Shown: positions 1-10,806, counted from the first letter of the stretch. The stretch is DNA of 64,000 bases from an uncultured Actinomycetota bacterium (GCA_963825445.1 CAWGTM010000025.1:29976-93975), one strand, 5' to 3'. Notes: generated by a model from the letters alone, not told the origin. A program made the numbers and translations.

Positions 1-1
1 C

Positions 2-682
2 TTCGCCGAACTACGGCGGATGGGCATCAGGACCGTCATGATCACCGGGGACAACCCGTTGACGGCCAGGGCCATCGCCGAGGAGTCCGGAGTGGACGAC
101 TACCTCGCGGAGGCCAAGCCCGAGGACAAGATGGCCCTGATCCGCAAGGAGCAGGAGGGCGGCCGGCTGGTCGCGATGACCGGGGACGGCACGAACGACG
201 CCCCCGCGCTCGCCCAGTCCGACGTCGGTGTCGCCATGAACAGCGGCACGTCTGCGGCCAAAGAAGCCGGCAACATGGTCGACCTCGACTCCGACCCGAC
301 CAAGCTGATCGAGATCGTGGAGATCGGCAAGCAGTTGCTGATCACCCGGGGCGCGCTCACCACGTTCAGCGTGGCCAACGACCTGGCGAAGTACTTCGCC
401 ATCCTGCCGGCCATGTTCGCGGGCATCTACCCGCAGCTCGACAAGCTCAACGTGATGAACCTGCACTCACCCAGCTCGGCCATCCTGTCCGCCGTGATCT
501 TCAACGCGCTGATCATCGTCGGCCTCATTCCGCTGGCACTGCGCGGCGTGCGGTACCGGCCGTCGACGGCGTCCTCGCTGCTGCGACGAAACCTGCTGAT
601 CTACGGGCTCGGCGGGATCGTCACACCGTTCATCGGCATCTGGCTCATCGACCTCGTCGTCCGACTCATCCCGGGAATGTGA
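2..682 (+). CDS. kdpB: K+-transporting ATPase subunit B (5' truncated by window edge)
   Basis: [18 protein letters not shown] and [31 protein letters not shown] motifs; followed by kdpC. Confidence 0.97.
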   Translation, partial: FAELRRMGIRTVMITGDNPLTARAIAEESGVDDYLAEAKPEDKMALIRKEQEGGRLVAMTGDGTNDAPALAQSDVGVAMNSGTSAAKEAGNMVDLDSDPTKLIEIVEIGKQLLITRGALTTFSVANDLAKYFAILPAMFAGIYPQLDKLNVMNLHSPSSAILSAVIFNALIIVGLIPLALRGVRYRPSTASSLLRRNLLIYGLGGIVTPFIGIWLIDLVVRLIPGM

Positions 683-1323
683 CCTTCATGAACTCGCTCG
701 GCAAACAGACACTCGCCGGCCTGCGGATCCTGCTCGTCCTGACCGTTTTGCTCGGAATCCTGTACCCACTCGGGATCTGGGTGGTCAGCAGGATCCCCGG
801 TCTGCAGGGCAACGCCGAAGGCTCGGTGGTCACGGTGGACGGTCAGGTGGTCGGCTCCGACCTGATCGGCATCGACCCGGTGGCCGAGGACCCGAACGCC
901 GACCCGTGGTTCCACACCCGGCCCTCGGCCGTCGCACTGGACCTCGACGGCGACGGCTCGGCCGACGCGCTCGGCCCGGCCGACCCGTCGATCTCCGCCG
1001 GCTCCAACAAGGGAGCCTTCGACGAGGATCTCGTCGCGGCGATCGAGGCGCGCAAGCAGGCCATCGCCGAGCGTGAGGGCGTCGAGCCCGACCAGGTGCC
1101 CGCCGACGCCGTCACCGCGTCGGCGTCCGGCCTGGACCCGCACATCAGCCCGGCCTACGCCGCGCTGCAGGCACCACGGGTGGCCCAGGAGACCGGCGTC
1201 TCCGAGGACCAGGTCCGCGCGCTCATCAATGAGCACACCGACGGACGCGGTCTCGGCGTCCTCGGGGAGCCCGGGGTGAACGTGCTGGACCTCAACCTGG
1301 CCGTCCAGGCCGTGGCGCGGTGA
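679..1323 (+). CDS. kdpC: K+-transporting ATPase subunit C
   Basis: N-terminal TM helix, [31 protein letters not shown]; GTGA overlap with kdpB. Confidence 0.96.
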   Translation: MTFMNSLGKQTLAGLRILLVLTVLLGILYPLGIWVVSRIPGLQGNAEGSVVTVDGQVVGSDLIGIDPVAEDPNADPWFHTRPSAVALDLDGDGSADALGPADPSISAGSNKGAFDEDLVAAIEARKQAIAEREGVEPDQVPADAVTASASGLDPHISPAYAALQAPRVAQETGVSEDQVRALINEHTDGRGLGVLGEPGVNVLDLNLAVQAVAR

Positions 1324-3905
1324 CCTCACCGGACGGTGCGGCGCCCGGGACGGTCCGCAGGGGAGAACTGCGGATCTACCTGGGCGCCGCGCCCGGCGTC
1401 GGCAAGACCTTCGCCATGCTGGGCGAGGCCCACCGGCGCCTCGAACGCGGCACCGACGTGGTGGCCGGACTGGTCGAGACCCACGGCCGCGCCAAGACGG
1501 CGGGGTTGGCGCAGGGCCTGGAGATCGTGCCCCGCCGCCAGGTGGAGTACCGGGGACGCGGGTTCGAGGAGCTGGACGTCGACGCCGTGCTGGCCCGACG
1601 CCCCGAGGTCGCGGTGGTCGACGAACTCGCGCACACCAACGTGCCCGGCTCCCGCAACGAGAAGAGGTGGGAGGACATCGAGGAACTGCTCGCCGCCGGC
1701 ATCGACGTGCTGTCCACGGTGAACGTCCAGCACCTGGAGAGCCTCAACGACGTGGTCGAGCGGATCACCGGCGCCCACCAGCACGAGACGGTGCCCGACG
1801 ACGTGGTCCGCCGCGCCGAGCAGATCGAGCTGATCGACATCACCCCGGAGGCCCTGCGGCGCCGGCTCGCCCACGGCAACGTCTATCCCGCACACCGCAT
1901 CGACGCCGCGCTGGGCAACTACTTCCGGCCCGGCAACCTGACCGCGCTGCGCGAGCTGGCGCTGCTGTGGGTGGCCGACCAGGTCGACGTCGCGCTCCGC
2001 CGCTACCGCACCGAGCAGGAGATCACCGACACCTGGGAGACCCGGGAACGCGTCGTGGTCGCCATCACCGGCGGCAAGGAGAGCGAGACCCTCATCCGGC
2101 GCGCCAGCCGGATCGCCACCCGCGCGGGCGCCGAACTGCAGGTGCTGCACATTCTGCGTGGCGACGGACTGACCGGGGTCGGGCCGGACGCCGTGGCGCG
2201 ACTGCGGCGGCTGGCCGACGACGTGGGTGCCACGTTCCACACGGTCGTGGGCGACGACGTGCCGAACGCACTGCTCGACTTCGCCCGCGGCGCCAACGCC
2301 ACCCAGCTGGTGCTCGGCACCTCGCGCCGGTCCCGCTGGGCCCGCGCGTTCGACGAGGGCATCGGCGCGGCGGTCGTGCAGCGGTCCGGCCCCATCGACG
2401 TTCACATGGTCACCCACTCCGAGTCCGGCAGCGGCCGCCGGCGCCCGTGGGGACGCAGCCCGCTCACGACGTCCCGCAAGGCGTTCGGGTGGGTCCTCGC
2501 GGTCATCCTGCCGATTCTGGCCACGGTGGCCGGCACGTTCTGGCGCGACGAGCTGACCACCACCACCGACGTGGTCGACTACTTCCTCGCCCTCGTGGCG
2601 GTGGCGCTGGTCGGCGGCCTGGGGCCCGCGCTGTTCGCGTCGGTGTTCAGCGCGTTGCTGCTCAACTTCTTCTTCGTGCCACCGCTGTACTCGTTCACTG
2701 TCGCCGACCCGGAGAACGTGCTCACGCTCGTGATCATGGTGGTGGTAGCGGTCATGGTGGCGGCCGTCGTCGACCGCGCCGCCCGGCGTGCCGAGCAGGC
2801 GGCCCAGGCCCGCACGGAGGCCGCGCTGCTCGCCTCCTACGCCCGCACGGTGCTGACCAGCCCGCGTCCGCTGGACCGGTTGCTGGAGAAGGTGAAGGAG
2901 AACTTCGGGCTCACCTCGGTCGCACTACTGGAGAACCAGGACGACGGGTGGCACCGAGTCGCCTGCGTCGGCGACAAGCCCTGCGACGACCCGGACGAGG
3001 CCGATGTGGACGTTCCCGTGACACCGGACGTCCACCTCGCCCTGCGTGGCCGCCAGGTCCCGGCTCGGGACCGCCGGGTGCTCGAGGCCGCCGCCGGACA
3101 GGCGCTGCTCGCGCTGCGCCAACAGCGGATGGCGACCGAGACCGCGGAGGCGCGCCACGAGAAGGACGCGAACACCTTGCGCACCGCTCTGCTCTCCGCG
3201 GTCGGCCACGACCTGCGCACCCCACTCACGTCGATCAAGGCCGCGATCGGCAGCCTGCGCGCGGCCGACCTCACCCTGTCCGAAGAGGACACCCGCGAAC
3301 TGCTCGCCACGGTCGAGGAGTCCTCCGACCGACTGGCCGGCCTGGTGGACAACCTGCTCGACTCCTCCCGTCTGGCGGCAGGCGTGGTCCGTCCGGTGCT
3401 CAAGGCCGTCGGCTACGACGAGGTGGTGGCCCGCGCACTGTCCGGTCTGGACACCCAGGTCGGGATCTCGGTGGACGTCGACGAGCACCTGTCCCGGGTC
3501 CGCGCCGACGTCGGACTGCTGGAACGGGTCGTCGCGAACCTCATCGACAACGCGCTGCGCTACGGGCTGCTCGCGGAGCGCCGGCCGGTCGATGTGGACG
3601 GTGACGGGGAGATCGCCGACGACGAGCCGGCGATCGCCATCCGGGCCAGTGCCCACGCCGACCAGGCCGAGCTGCGGATCGTCGACCACGGCCGCGGGCT
3701 CCCCAAACGAGCGGCCGAGCTGGCGTTCGCACCGTTCCAACGCCTCGACGACCGCGGCGGCACCGGCATCGGGCTCGGCCTGTCGGTGGCCAAGGGCTTC
3801 GTCGACGCCATGGGCGGCACGCTGCGCGCCGAGGACACCCCGGGCGGCGGTCTCACCATGGTGGTCGCGCTGCCCACCGACACCGGAAGGAACATCACCC
3901 CATGA
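1320..3905 (+). CDS. kdpD: Osmosensitive K+ sensor histidine kinase
   Basis: IYLGAAPGVGKT, VDELAHTN, USP-like region, TM bundle, HDLRTPL H-box, GIGLGL G-box. Confidence 0.97.
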   Translation: MTSPDGAAPGTVRRGELRIYLGAAPGVGKTFAMLGEAHRRLERGTDVVAGLVETHGRAKTAGLAQGLEIVPRRQVEYRGRGFEELDVDAVLARRPEVAVVDELAHTNVPGSRNEKRWEDIEELLAAGIDVLSTVNVQHLESLNDVVERITGAHQHETVPDDVVRRAEQIELIDITPEALRRRLAHGNVYPAHRIDAALGNYFRPGNLTALRELALLWVADQVDVALRRYRTEQEITDTWETRERVVVAITGGKESETLIRRASRIATRAGAELQVLHILRGDGLTGVGPDAVARLRRLADDVGATFHTVVGDDVPNALLDFARGANATQLVLGTSRRSRWARAFDEGIGAAVVQRSGPIDVHMVTHSESGSGRRRPWGRSPLTTSRKAFGWVLAVILPILATVAGTFWRDELTTTTDVVDYFLALVAVALVGGLGPALFASVFSALLLNFFFVPPLYSFTVADPENVLTLVIMVVVAVMVAAVVDRAARRAEQAAQARTEAALLASYARTVLTSPRPLDRLLEKVKENFGLTSVALLENQDDGWHRVACVGDKPCDDPDEADVDVPVTPDVHLALRGRQVPARDRRVLEAAAGQALLALRQQRMATETAEARHEKDANTLRTALLSAVGHDLRTPLTSIKAAIGSLRAADLTLSEEDTRELLATVEESSDRLAGLVDNLLDSSRLAAGVVRPVLKAVGYDEVVARALSGLDTQVGISVDVDEHLSRVRADVGLLERVVANLIDNALRYGLLAERRPVDVDGDGEIADDEPAIAIRASAHADQAELRIVDHGRGLPKRAAELAFAPFQRLDDRGGTGIGLGLSVAKGFVDAMGGTLRAEDTPGGGLTMVVALPTDTGRNITP

Positions 3906-4615
3906 CCACGGTCCTGGTGGTCGACGACGAGCCCCAGATCGTCCGGACCCTGCGCATCAACCTCACGGCCCGGGGCTATCGCGTGCTCGCCGCCGCGGAC
4001 GGCGCCGGCGCGCTCCGGGTGGCCGCGGACGGCAAACCCGACGTGATCGTTCTGGACCTCGGGCTGCCTGACCTCGACGGCACCGTGGTGATCCAGCACC
4101 TGCGCCGGTGGACCTCCGCACCCGTCATCGTGCTGTCCGCCCGCACCGAACCGGGCGACAAGGTCCGCGCGCTGGACGCCGGCGCCGACGACTACGTCAC
4201 CAAACCGTTCGGCATGGACGAACTGCTGGCCCGCCTGCGGGCCGCCGCACGCCGCGCGGCCAGGTCGGGAAACCTCGAGACCATCGTGATCGAGACCGCG
4301 GCGTTCACCATCGACCTGCTGGCCAAGAAGGTGCACCGCGACGGCTCCGAGGTGCACCTGACCCCGACCGAATGGGGACTGCTGGAGATCCTGGTCCGCA
4401 ACCGCGGCAAGCTCATCGCCCAGAAGGCCCTGCTGCACGACGTGTGGGGACCCGGCTACGAGACCGACACCCACTATCTTCGTGTCTACTTGGCACAGTT
4501 GCGTCGCAAGCTCGAACCGGAGCCCGCTCGGCCGCGGTACCTGATCACCGAGCCGGGCATGGGTTACCGGTTCGAACTCGATCCGCCTGCGGTCGCGGCG
4601 GAGGACGACGTGTAG
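3902..4615 (+). CDS. kdpE: OmpR-family response regulator
   Basis: VVDDE, LDLGLPD, GADDYVTKPF, HYLRVYLAQLRRKLE; ATGA overlap with kdpD. Confidence 0.96.
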   Translation: MTTVLVVDDEPQIVRTLRINLTARGYRVLAAADGAGALRVAADGKPDVIVLDLGLPDLDGTVVIQHLRRWTSAPVIVLSARTEPGDKVRALDAGADDYVTKPFGMDELLARLRAAARRAARSGNLETIVIETAAFTIDLLAKKVHRDGSEVHLTPTEWGLLEILVRNRGKLIAQKALLHDVWGPGYETDTHYLRVYLAQLRRKLEPEPARPRYLITEPGMGYRFELDPPAVAAEDDV

Positions 4616-4706
4616 GGATCATGGCCGTGCTAGGAATGGGGTTCCGGCCGTCAAGAACGTGTCCACATCGCGCCAGGTCGGGGTGAACCGGGGTTTCCTG
4701 GAGGAC

Positions 4707-6047
4707 ATGACCTTGAGTGAGTTGATACCCAGTCTGGGGTGCGCGGCGGGAGTACGGTTGCCCGCCGGTGTGTGGCCGGCGAGTACCCGCCGGTGCGCTG
4801 ACGGCGATCTGGTCGTCGGTGGCGTGTCGATGACCCGCCTGGCGGCCACCCATGGCACCCCGGCGTACGTCCTGGACGAGGCGGAGGTGCGGACCGCCTG
4901 CCGGGCCTACCGCACCGCACTGCCCGACGTGGAGATCTCCTATGCGAGCAAGGCATTGTTGACCCGCGCGGTCGCCCGCTGGATGCGCGAGGAGGGCTTC
5001 GGCCTCGACGTGTGCTCGGCGGGCGAGGTCGCGGTCGCGCGGCGCGCGGGCGTGGCGGGGGAGCGGATCACCCTGCACGGCAACGCGAAGACCCCGGAAG
5101 ACCTCAAGGCGGCCATCTCCGGGCAGGTCGGGCGCGTGGTGGTCGACTCCTACGACGAGGTCGACCACCTCGCCGGTGTGGCCAGGGCGCGCCAGCAGGT
5201 CCTGGTCCGGGTGACGCCGGGCATCGACGCACACACCCATCGGGCGATCGCGACCGGTGTGGAGGACCAGAAGTTCGGGTTCTCGTTGGCGGGCGGCGAC
5301 GCGGCGGAGGCGGTGCGCAGGGTCCTGGCGCGGCCCGAATTCGAGCTGGTCGGCCTGCACTGCCATCTCGGTTCGCAGATCACCCGGGTCGCGTGCTTCG
5401 AGGAGGCGACGCGCCGGATGGTGTCGCTGATGGCGCGGATCCGCGACGAGCACGGGGTAATGGTCCCGCTGCTGAATCTCGGCGGCGGGCACGCGGTGCG
5501 GTACGAGGCGGGCGACGACGAGTTCGACCTGACCGCCTTCGCCAGCCGGGTGCGGATCGCGCTCGCCTACGAGTGCGACCGGCACCACCTTCCCGTGCCA
5601 CGGCTGGCGATCGAGCCGGGCCGGGCGCTGGTCGCCCGCGCGGGTATCACCGTGTACCGCGTGGTGACGGTGAAACGGGCGCGCCACCGAACCTACGTCG
5701 CGGTGGGCGGCGGCATGAGCGACAACCCACGGCCCGCGCTGTACGGCTCCCGGTACACCGCCGCGATGATCGGCCGCGCCACGACAGTACCCACGACCGG
5801 GATGACGATCGCCGGCCGGCACTGCGAGGCGGGCGACCTGCTGGCCACCGAAGTGCCGCTCCCGGCCGACATCCACGCCGGCGACCTGCTGGCCGTAGCG
5901 GGCACCGGCGCCTACCACCACTCGATGGCGAACAACTACAACCTCGTATCCCGCCCGCCACTGATCGCCGTCGCTGACGGCGAACCGAGGGTCCTGATCC
6001 GTCGCGAGACCGAGGACGACCTCCTCGCCCGCGACATCGGTTCCTGA
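4707..6047 (+). CDS. lysA: PLP-dependent diaminopimelate decarboxylase family protein (lysA paralogue)
   Basis: YASKA PLP lysine, HCHLGSQ, EPGR, HCEAGD, GAYHHSMANNYN; GGAGG RBS before ATG 4707. Confidence 0.85.
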   Translation: MTLSELIPSLGCAAGVRLPAGVWPASTRRCADGDLVVGGVSMTRLAATHGTPAYVLDEAEVRTACRAYRTALPDVEISYASKALLTRAVARWMREEGFGLDVCSAGEVAVARRAGVAGERITLHGNAKTPEDLKAAISGQVGRVVVDSYDEVDHLAGVARARQQVLVRVTPGIDAHTHRAIATGVEDQKFGFSLAGGDAAEAVRRVLARPEFELVGLHCHLGSQITRVACFEEATRRMVSLMARIRDEHGVMVPLLNLGGGHAVRYEAGDDEFDLTAFASRVRIALAYECDRHHLPVPRLAIEPGRALVARAGITVYRVVTVKRARHRTYVAVGGGMSDNPRPALYGSRYTAAMIGRATTVPTTGMTIAGRHCEAGDLLATEVPLPADIHAGDLLAVAGTGAYHHSMANNYNLVSRPPLIAVADGEPRVLIRRETEDDLLARDIGS

Positions 6048-6104
6048 CGCGGTCCACGGCGAACGGTGTGACCGACGTTGTCACCGAGTGCGCCATGGGC
6101 GTTC

Positions 6105-6255
6105 TCAGCCTCCGACGTGGATTCCGGGTCGGTTGGTCGGGTCGGGTTCGTGTTGGCGGATGATTTCTCGGACGACCGGTGGGGTGTCGCCCTGGCCGAG
6201 GACGAGGTAGCGGACAGGTGGCCGCAGGTAGCCGCCGGCTCTGACCCCGGTCATG
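6105..6255 (-). pseudogene. C-terminal remnant of an actinobacterial APC-type (amino acid/K+) transporter
   Basis: RYLVLGQGDTPPVVREIIRQHEPDPTNRPGIHVGG* resembles the conserved tail of this family as I recall it; no upstream coding part. Confidence 0.5.
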
Positions 6256-6597
6256 GACTGTCCGGGCGTCTGGAACCTCACCGATGCAGCGGCTGTCGTG
6301 CGTGCGCTGGCCGCCCAGTAGCGCGTTGCCCTGGCTGCACGGGATCGCGTCCAATCTGCTACGCGTGCGGAGGTTCGCCAGCTCCGGGCTCTTGCCAGGA
6401 CCGGGGTGGACGGTCCGTTTGCCCACCACGCGGAGGCCGTCGCAGCAGCTCGACGCTGTGGTTGTCGGAACACCGTGACCACCACCGAAACCACATCGCC
6501 GCTCTGCCCGGCAGTGTTCGTGTCGTGGCACCTTCCACCTTCGTTGGTGAAGGCGCCAATGGCAGCGACCCCTGATTGTGTATATGCGACAACCCCG

Positions 6598-7310
6598 TCA
6601 GATTGGTCGCGTCGACCCAGAAACGGGTGTTGTTGCTGAGGTTGGCGGAATTGCTGTTGATCTGGTTCTGGATCCGGTAGATGGCGTCCTTGTAACCGTT
6701 GATGTCGCCGGTGTTGGGGTTGTTCAACCCTGACTCGCCGTTGCGATGGCCGGCGAACCACCTGTTGATCCCGTAGTGGTTCTGGCTCTGGTGTAAGCAG
6801 GAGACGTCGGCGGAGAGGTTGTTGTTGAGCGCGGCCCCGTTGTTCCACTGACTGGTGGACTGATTCCGGAACTGGCCGCACGCGCTGTGCGGCATGAGCC
6901 AGTTCTGCTTGAAGATCCCGAAATTGGCCGAGTCACCGGTCTTGTTGTCGCCGTACGGGTAGTTCGTGGTCATGGTCGTGGTCTCGAGCATGGCCACGGC
7001 CAGGTCGAGGCTGTTGGCGCCGGCGCTGCGCGCCTGCTGTTCGCGGCTCCCGAGGCCGCTGATGGTCTCGGAACCGCACCGCATTCCCGAGGGGCACGCG
7101 AGGTTCGCGTTGGCATCGGCAGGCCGCCTCGGACCACGCAGGAGCGACTGTTCTCCCATCCCCACCCGTCACCGTCGGGATCGGTGACACTGCCATTGGC
7201 GCAGTACGGGTAGCCGTTCGGAGCGTTCTCCGCCTGCGCGGAGAGGTTCCACCGAACGCGCCGGCGGCCGTCAGGAGCACTGTGAGGACCAGGACGAAGA
7301 ATCTTCGCAT
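6598..7310 (-). pseudogene. Secreted CBM10 + GH134 beta-1,4-mannanase, frameshifted
   Basis: Signal peptide MRRFFVLVL (AAGGAG RBS), CBM10-like YPYC...DPDGDGWGWENSRSC and GH134 AMLET-x-YGDNK-x-NFGIFKQNW...WFAGHRNG...RFWVD lie in three different frames. Confidence 0.85.
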
Positions 7311-7364
7311 CGCACGCACTCCTTTGTGAGTTCGTTGCCAAGGGTGCCGTCCAGAGTGAGTTGG

Positions 7365-7376
7365 TTAACCGGTTAA
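7365..7376. promoter_or_regulatory. Palindrome TTAACCGGTTAA, LacI-family operator-like
   Basis: Perfect 12-bp palindrome 55 nt upstream of the mannanase start. Confidence 0.55.
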
Positions 7377-7692
7377 GTCAACGATAAGTTGAGCAGGTGA
7401 TACATCTTGTCTTGTTTTGTCAGCGCTGACGGAGGTGTTCCCGATCCAGGAGGGAGATCAGCTTCTTCATTTGCGCGACGGTGGTCGAACTACTCTGCGA
7501 GCGCTCGTTGACGCAGAGCGACAAACGTTTTATGTTGGGGTGACTTGAAACGTAGCAAATCAGCCCGGCGGGTTGATGCTCTCGCGCGTGCAGTCGATCG
7601 AAGTAACGCGAAACACCAGCATCCTGGCTGCTGGGTTCGTGGATCACCGTCAACGAAGAAGATTCAGTAGAAGTGTGGTCTCTGACCGCTCA

Positions 7693-7706
7693 TGGGAGCG
7701 CTCCCA
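7693..7706. promoter_or_regulatory. CebR/CelR box TGGGAGCGCTCCCA
   Basis: Exact match to the 14-bp actinobacterial cellobiose-repressor operator, 50 nt upstream of the PL11 gene. Confidence 0.92.
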
Positions 7707-7756
7707 AGTCGATTCGCAGGTTCACAAGATCGTTATCGACAGAACGGAGAGGTATC

Positions 7757-9613
7757 GTGCGCACCATTACCCCTGGTCGGACTGTGGCCGTCCTGGCCAT
7801 TGTGGCGGCGTCCGTGTCCGCAGGCGCTCTACCCTCGAGCGCCGCACCGGCCGCCGCCGCACCGATTCATCAGGTGGAGCAACTCGACCGTGGTCTGATC
7901 AGTGTCCACACGGGCACGGGAAACTACGTGAGTTGGCGGGCGTTGGCCAGTGATCCGCCTGGCACGACGTTCAACGTCTACCGCGGTGGCATGAAGGTGA
8001 ATCCCTCGCCGGTCAACGGCGCGTCGAACTTCACCGACACGGGCGCATCGGCCGCCGCCGAGTACAGCGTCCGGCCGGTTGTGCGTGGAGTTGAGCAGGC
8101 GACGGCAACCGAGGCAAACCCGTCAATGCGGTTCGCGGCCAGCCCGAACGCGGGGATCACCGCCAGCACGCGCGATGTGCCGCTGCAGATCCCTCCGGGA
8201 GGCCGAACTCCGTCCGGGGAGAACTACACCTACAACGCGAACGACACGAGCGTGGGTGATCTGGACGGCGACGGGCAGTACGAGCTCGTGGTGAAGTGGG
8301 AGCCGAGCAACGCGAAGGACAACTCGCAGGCCGGCTACACCGGCAACGTGTACGTGGACGCCTACCGGTTGACCGGCGCCAGGTTGTGGCGGATCGACCT
8401 GGGGCGCAACATTCGCGCGGGTGCCCACTACACGCAGTTCCAGGTGTTCGACTACGACGGGGACGGTCGGGCCGAGGTGGCCATGAAGACCGCCGACGGC
8501 ACCAGGTCCGGCACCGGGCAGACGATCGGCAACGGCAGCGCCGATCACCGCAACTCCTCGGGCTACATCCTGGCGGGCCCGGAGTTCCTCACCGTGTTCC
8601 GAGGCACTGACGGCGCCGTGCTGGCCACCTCGGACTACGTCCCGCCACGGGGGAACGTCGCGAGTTGGGGTGACTCCTACGGCAACCGGGTCGACCGGTT
8701 CCTCGCCGGCACCGCCTACGTCGACGGCTCGCGCCCGAGCATCATCATGGCCCGTGGCTACTACACCCGGTCGGTGATCACGGCGTGGGACTGGCGCGAC
8801 GGACAACTGACTCGGCGATGGACCTTCGACAGCGCATCCAGCGGGTCGCAGTGGGCCGGCCAGGGCAACCACAACCTGTCGGTCGCCGACGTCGACTCCG
8901 ATGGCCGAGACGAGATCATCTACGGGGCGATGACCATCGACGACAACGGCACCGGCCTGTACTCCACCCGGCTCGGGCACGGGGACGCCCTGCACGTCAG
9001 CGACTTCGTGCCCGGCCGGCCAGGGTTGGAGGTGTGGGACATCCACGAGAGCGGCACCACCGGCGTGGACCTGCACGACGCGAGAACCGGTGCGATGATC
9101 TTCACCAAACCCAACAACACCGGCGCGGAAGGCCCCGGCCGCGGCGCGGCCGGCAACATCTACGCCGGCAACCCGGGCTCGGAGTTCTGGGCTTTCGGCG
9201 GCGGCGCGCCCTCCGCGCTGCTCAACGCATCGGGCAACAACGTGGGTCGCATACCGTCCTCGGCGAACTTCCTGGTCTGGTGGGACGGGGACGCGGTCCG
9301 TGAGTTGCTGGACGGCACGCGCATCGACAAGTACGGCCCCAACGGCGACACCCGTCTTGTCACCGGCTCCGGCGTCTCGTCCAACAACGGCACCAAGTCG
9401 ACTCCAGCACTCTCGGCCGACATCCTCGGCGACTGGCGCGAGGAGGTCATCTGGCGCACCACCGACAATCGTGCGCTGCGCATCTACTCGACAACCGATC
9501 CGACCAACATCAGTCGTCCGTCGCTGATGCAGGACCGGCAGTACCGGGTCGCTGTCGCGTGGCAGAACACCGCCTACAACCAGCCACCACACCCCAGTTT
9601 CGCCATGGGATGA
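7757..9613 (+). CDS. Secreted rhamnogalacturonan lyase, PL11 (YesW/YesX-like)
   Basis: Signal peptide; EQLDRGL, GDLDGDGQYE, NIRAGAHYTQF, GQGNHNLS, DILGDWREE, WQNTAYNQPPH. Confidence 0.93.
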   Translation: MRTITPGRTVAVLAIVAASVSAGALPSSAAPAAAAPIHQVEQLDRGLISVHTGTGNYVSWRALASDPPGTTFNVYRGGMKVNPSPVNGASNFTDTGASAAAEYSVRPVVRGVEQATATEANPSMRFAASPNAGITASTRDVPLQIPPGGRTPSGENYTYNANDTSVGDLDGDGQYELVVKWEPSNAKDNSQAGYTGNVYVDAYRLTGARLWRIDLGRNIRAGAHYTQFQVFDYDGDGRAEVAMKTADGTRSGTGQTIGNGSADHRNSSGYILAGPEFLTVFRGTDGAVLATSDYVPPRGNVASWGDSYGNRVDRFLAGTAYVDGSRPSIIMARGYYTRSVITAWDWRDGQLTRRWTFDSASSGSQWAGQGNHNLSVADVDSDGRDEIIYGAMTIDDNGTGLYSTRLGHGDALHVSDFVPGRPGLEVWDIHESGTTGVDLHDARTGAMIFTKPNNTGAEGPGRGAAGNIYAGNPGSEFWAFGGGAPSALLNASGNNVGRIPSSANFLVWWDGDAVRELLDGTRIDKYGPNGDTRLVTGSGVSSNNGTKSTPALSADILGDWREEVIWRTTDNRALRIYSTTDPTNISRPSLMQDRQYRVAVAWQNTAYNQPPHPSFAMG

Positions 9614-9626
9614 GCCGTGTCCCGAG

Positions 9627-9982
9627 TTGAAAGGCCTGCCCGAAGTGGTGGAGAACGTGTGGCCGCACACTATTGTGCAAACCTGCGTTGTCCACCTCGT
9701 CCGGAACACGTTCCGGCTCGCGTCTCGCCGGGACTGGGATGCGGTGAAACAGGACATCAAACCCATCTGCACCGCGCCCGGTCCTGCTGCCGCGCTCGCC
9801 GCGTTGGATGCACTTGAGGAGAAATGGGGCAGGAAATACGGTGCGATGATTCGACTCTGGCGCAACGCTTGGAACGAATTCACACCGTTTCTTGACTATG
9901 ACGTCGAAATCCGGACCATGATCTGCTCCACGAACGCGATCGAATCCCTCAACGCACGCTACCGCCGGGCGATACGCGCCTG
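9627..9982 (+). mobile_element. IS256-family transposase internal fragment
   Basis: QTCVVHLVRN...WRNAWNEFTPFLDYDVEIR...STNAIESLNARYRRA; both ends missing. Confidence 0.88.
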
Positions 9983-10084
9983 CGGTGTGGACGAACCAGC
10001 TCTGCTCGTGCTCGATCGACGCGACGGAGCGGTCCATCCGTTCTCGGACTCGTGCGGATCGTCGTCGTCGGGCAGGGTGTGGTG

Positions 10085-10777
10085 ATGGAGTCGAGCATCC
10101 CTGTCCCCGGTGACCCGTACCGTCCGGTCGCCTACCGGCCGCGGCGTGTGCCCGAGGAGGAGTCGCGTCGCATGTCGGCCTGGCTGCGCGAACGTATGTC
10201 GGGTCGGCGGACGGTGCGGGCGTTCTCGACCGACCCGGTGGACGAGCAGGTGGTGGTGGACGCGATCGCGGTGGCGTCGACCGCGCCGTCCGGCGCCCAC
10301 CAGCAGCCGTGGACCTTCGTGCTGGTCACCGACCCGGACGTGCGTGCGCGGATCCGGGAGGCCGCGGAGGCGGAGGAGCGGAAGTCCTACGACGGCAGGC
10401 TGGGCGAGGAGTGGCTGGCGGCGCTGGCACCGCTGGGCACCGATGAGCACAAACCGCACCTGACCGACGCGCCGCATCTGATCGTGGTCTTCGCGCAGCG
10501 GTACTACCTGGACGAGGACACGGGGGCCAAGCGCAAGCACTACTACGTGGACGAGTCCGTGGGTATCGCGATCGGCATGCTCCTCACCGCGCTGCACCTG
10601 GCGGGCCTGGCCGCGTTGACCCACACCCCGAGCCCGATGCGTTTCCTCGGCGAGATCCTGGGGCGGCCACGCAACGAGAAGGCGTTCGCGGTCATCCCCG
10701 TCGGATACGCCGCCGACGACGCGACGGTGCCCGACCTGGTGCGCAAACCTCTGGACGAGGTCCTGGTCCGCATCTGA
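10085..10777 (+). CDS. Nitroreductase-superfamily flavoprotein, iodotyrosine deiodinase (IYD)-like
   Basis: RRTVRAF, TAPSGAHQQPW, EEERKSY, LGTDEHKPHL, YYVDESVGIA, LTHTP. Confidence 0.85.
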   Translation: MESSIPVPGDPYRPVAYRPRRVPEEESRRMSAWLRERMSGRRTVRAFSTDPVDEQVVVDAIAVASTAPSGAHQQPWTFVLVTDPDVRARIREAAEAEERKSYDGRLGEEWLAALAPLGTDEHKPHLTDAPHLIVVFAQRYYLDEDTGAKRKHYYVDESVGIAIGMLLTALHLAGLAALTHTPSPMRFLGEILGRPRNEKAFAVIPVGYAADDATVPDLVRKPLDEVLVRI

Positions 10778-10806
10778 GGCGATGGCCGCGATACGGAAGG
10801 CACGAC

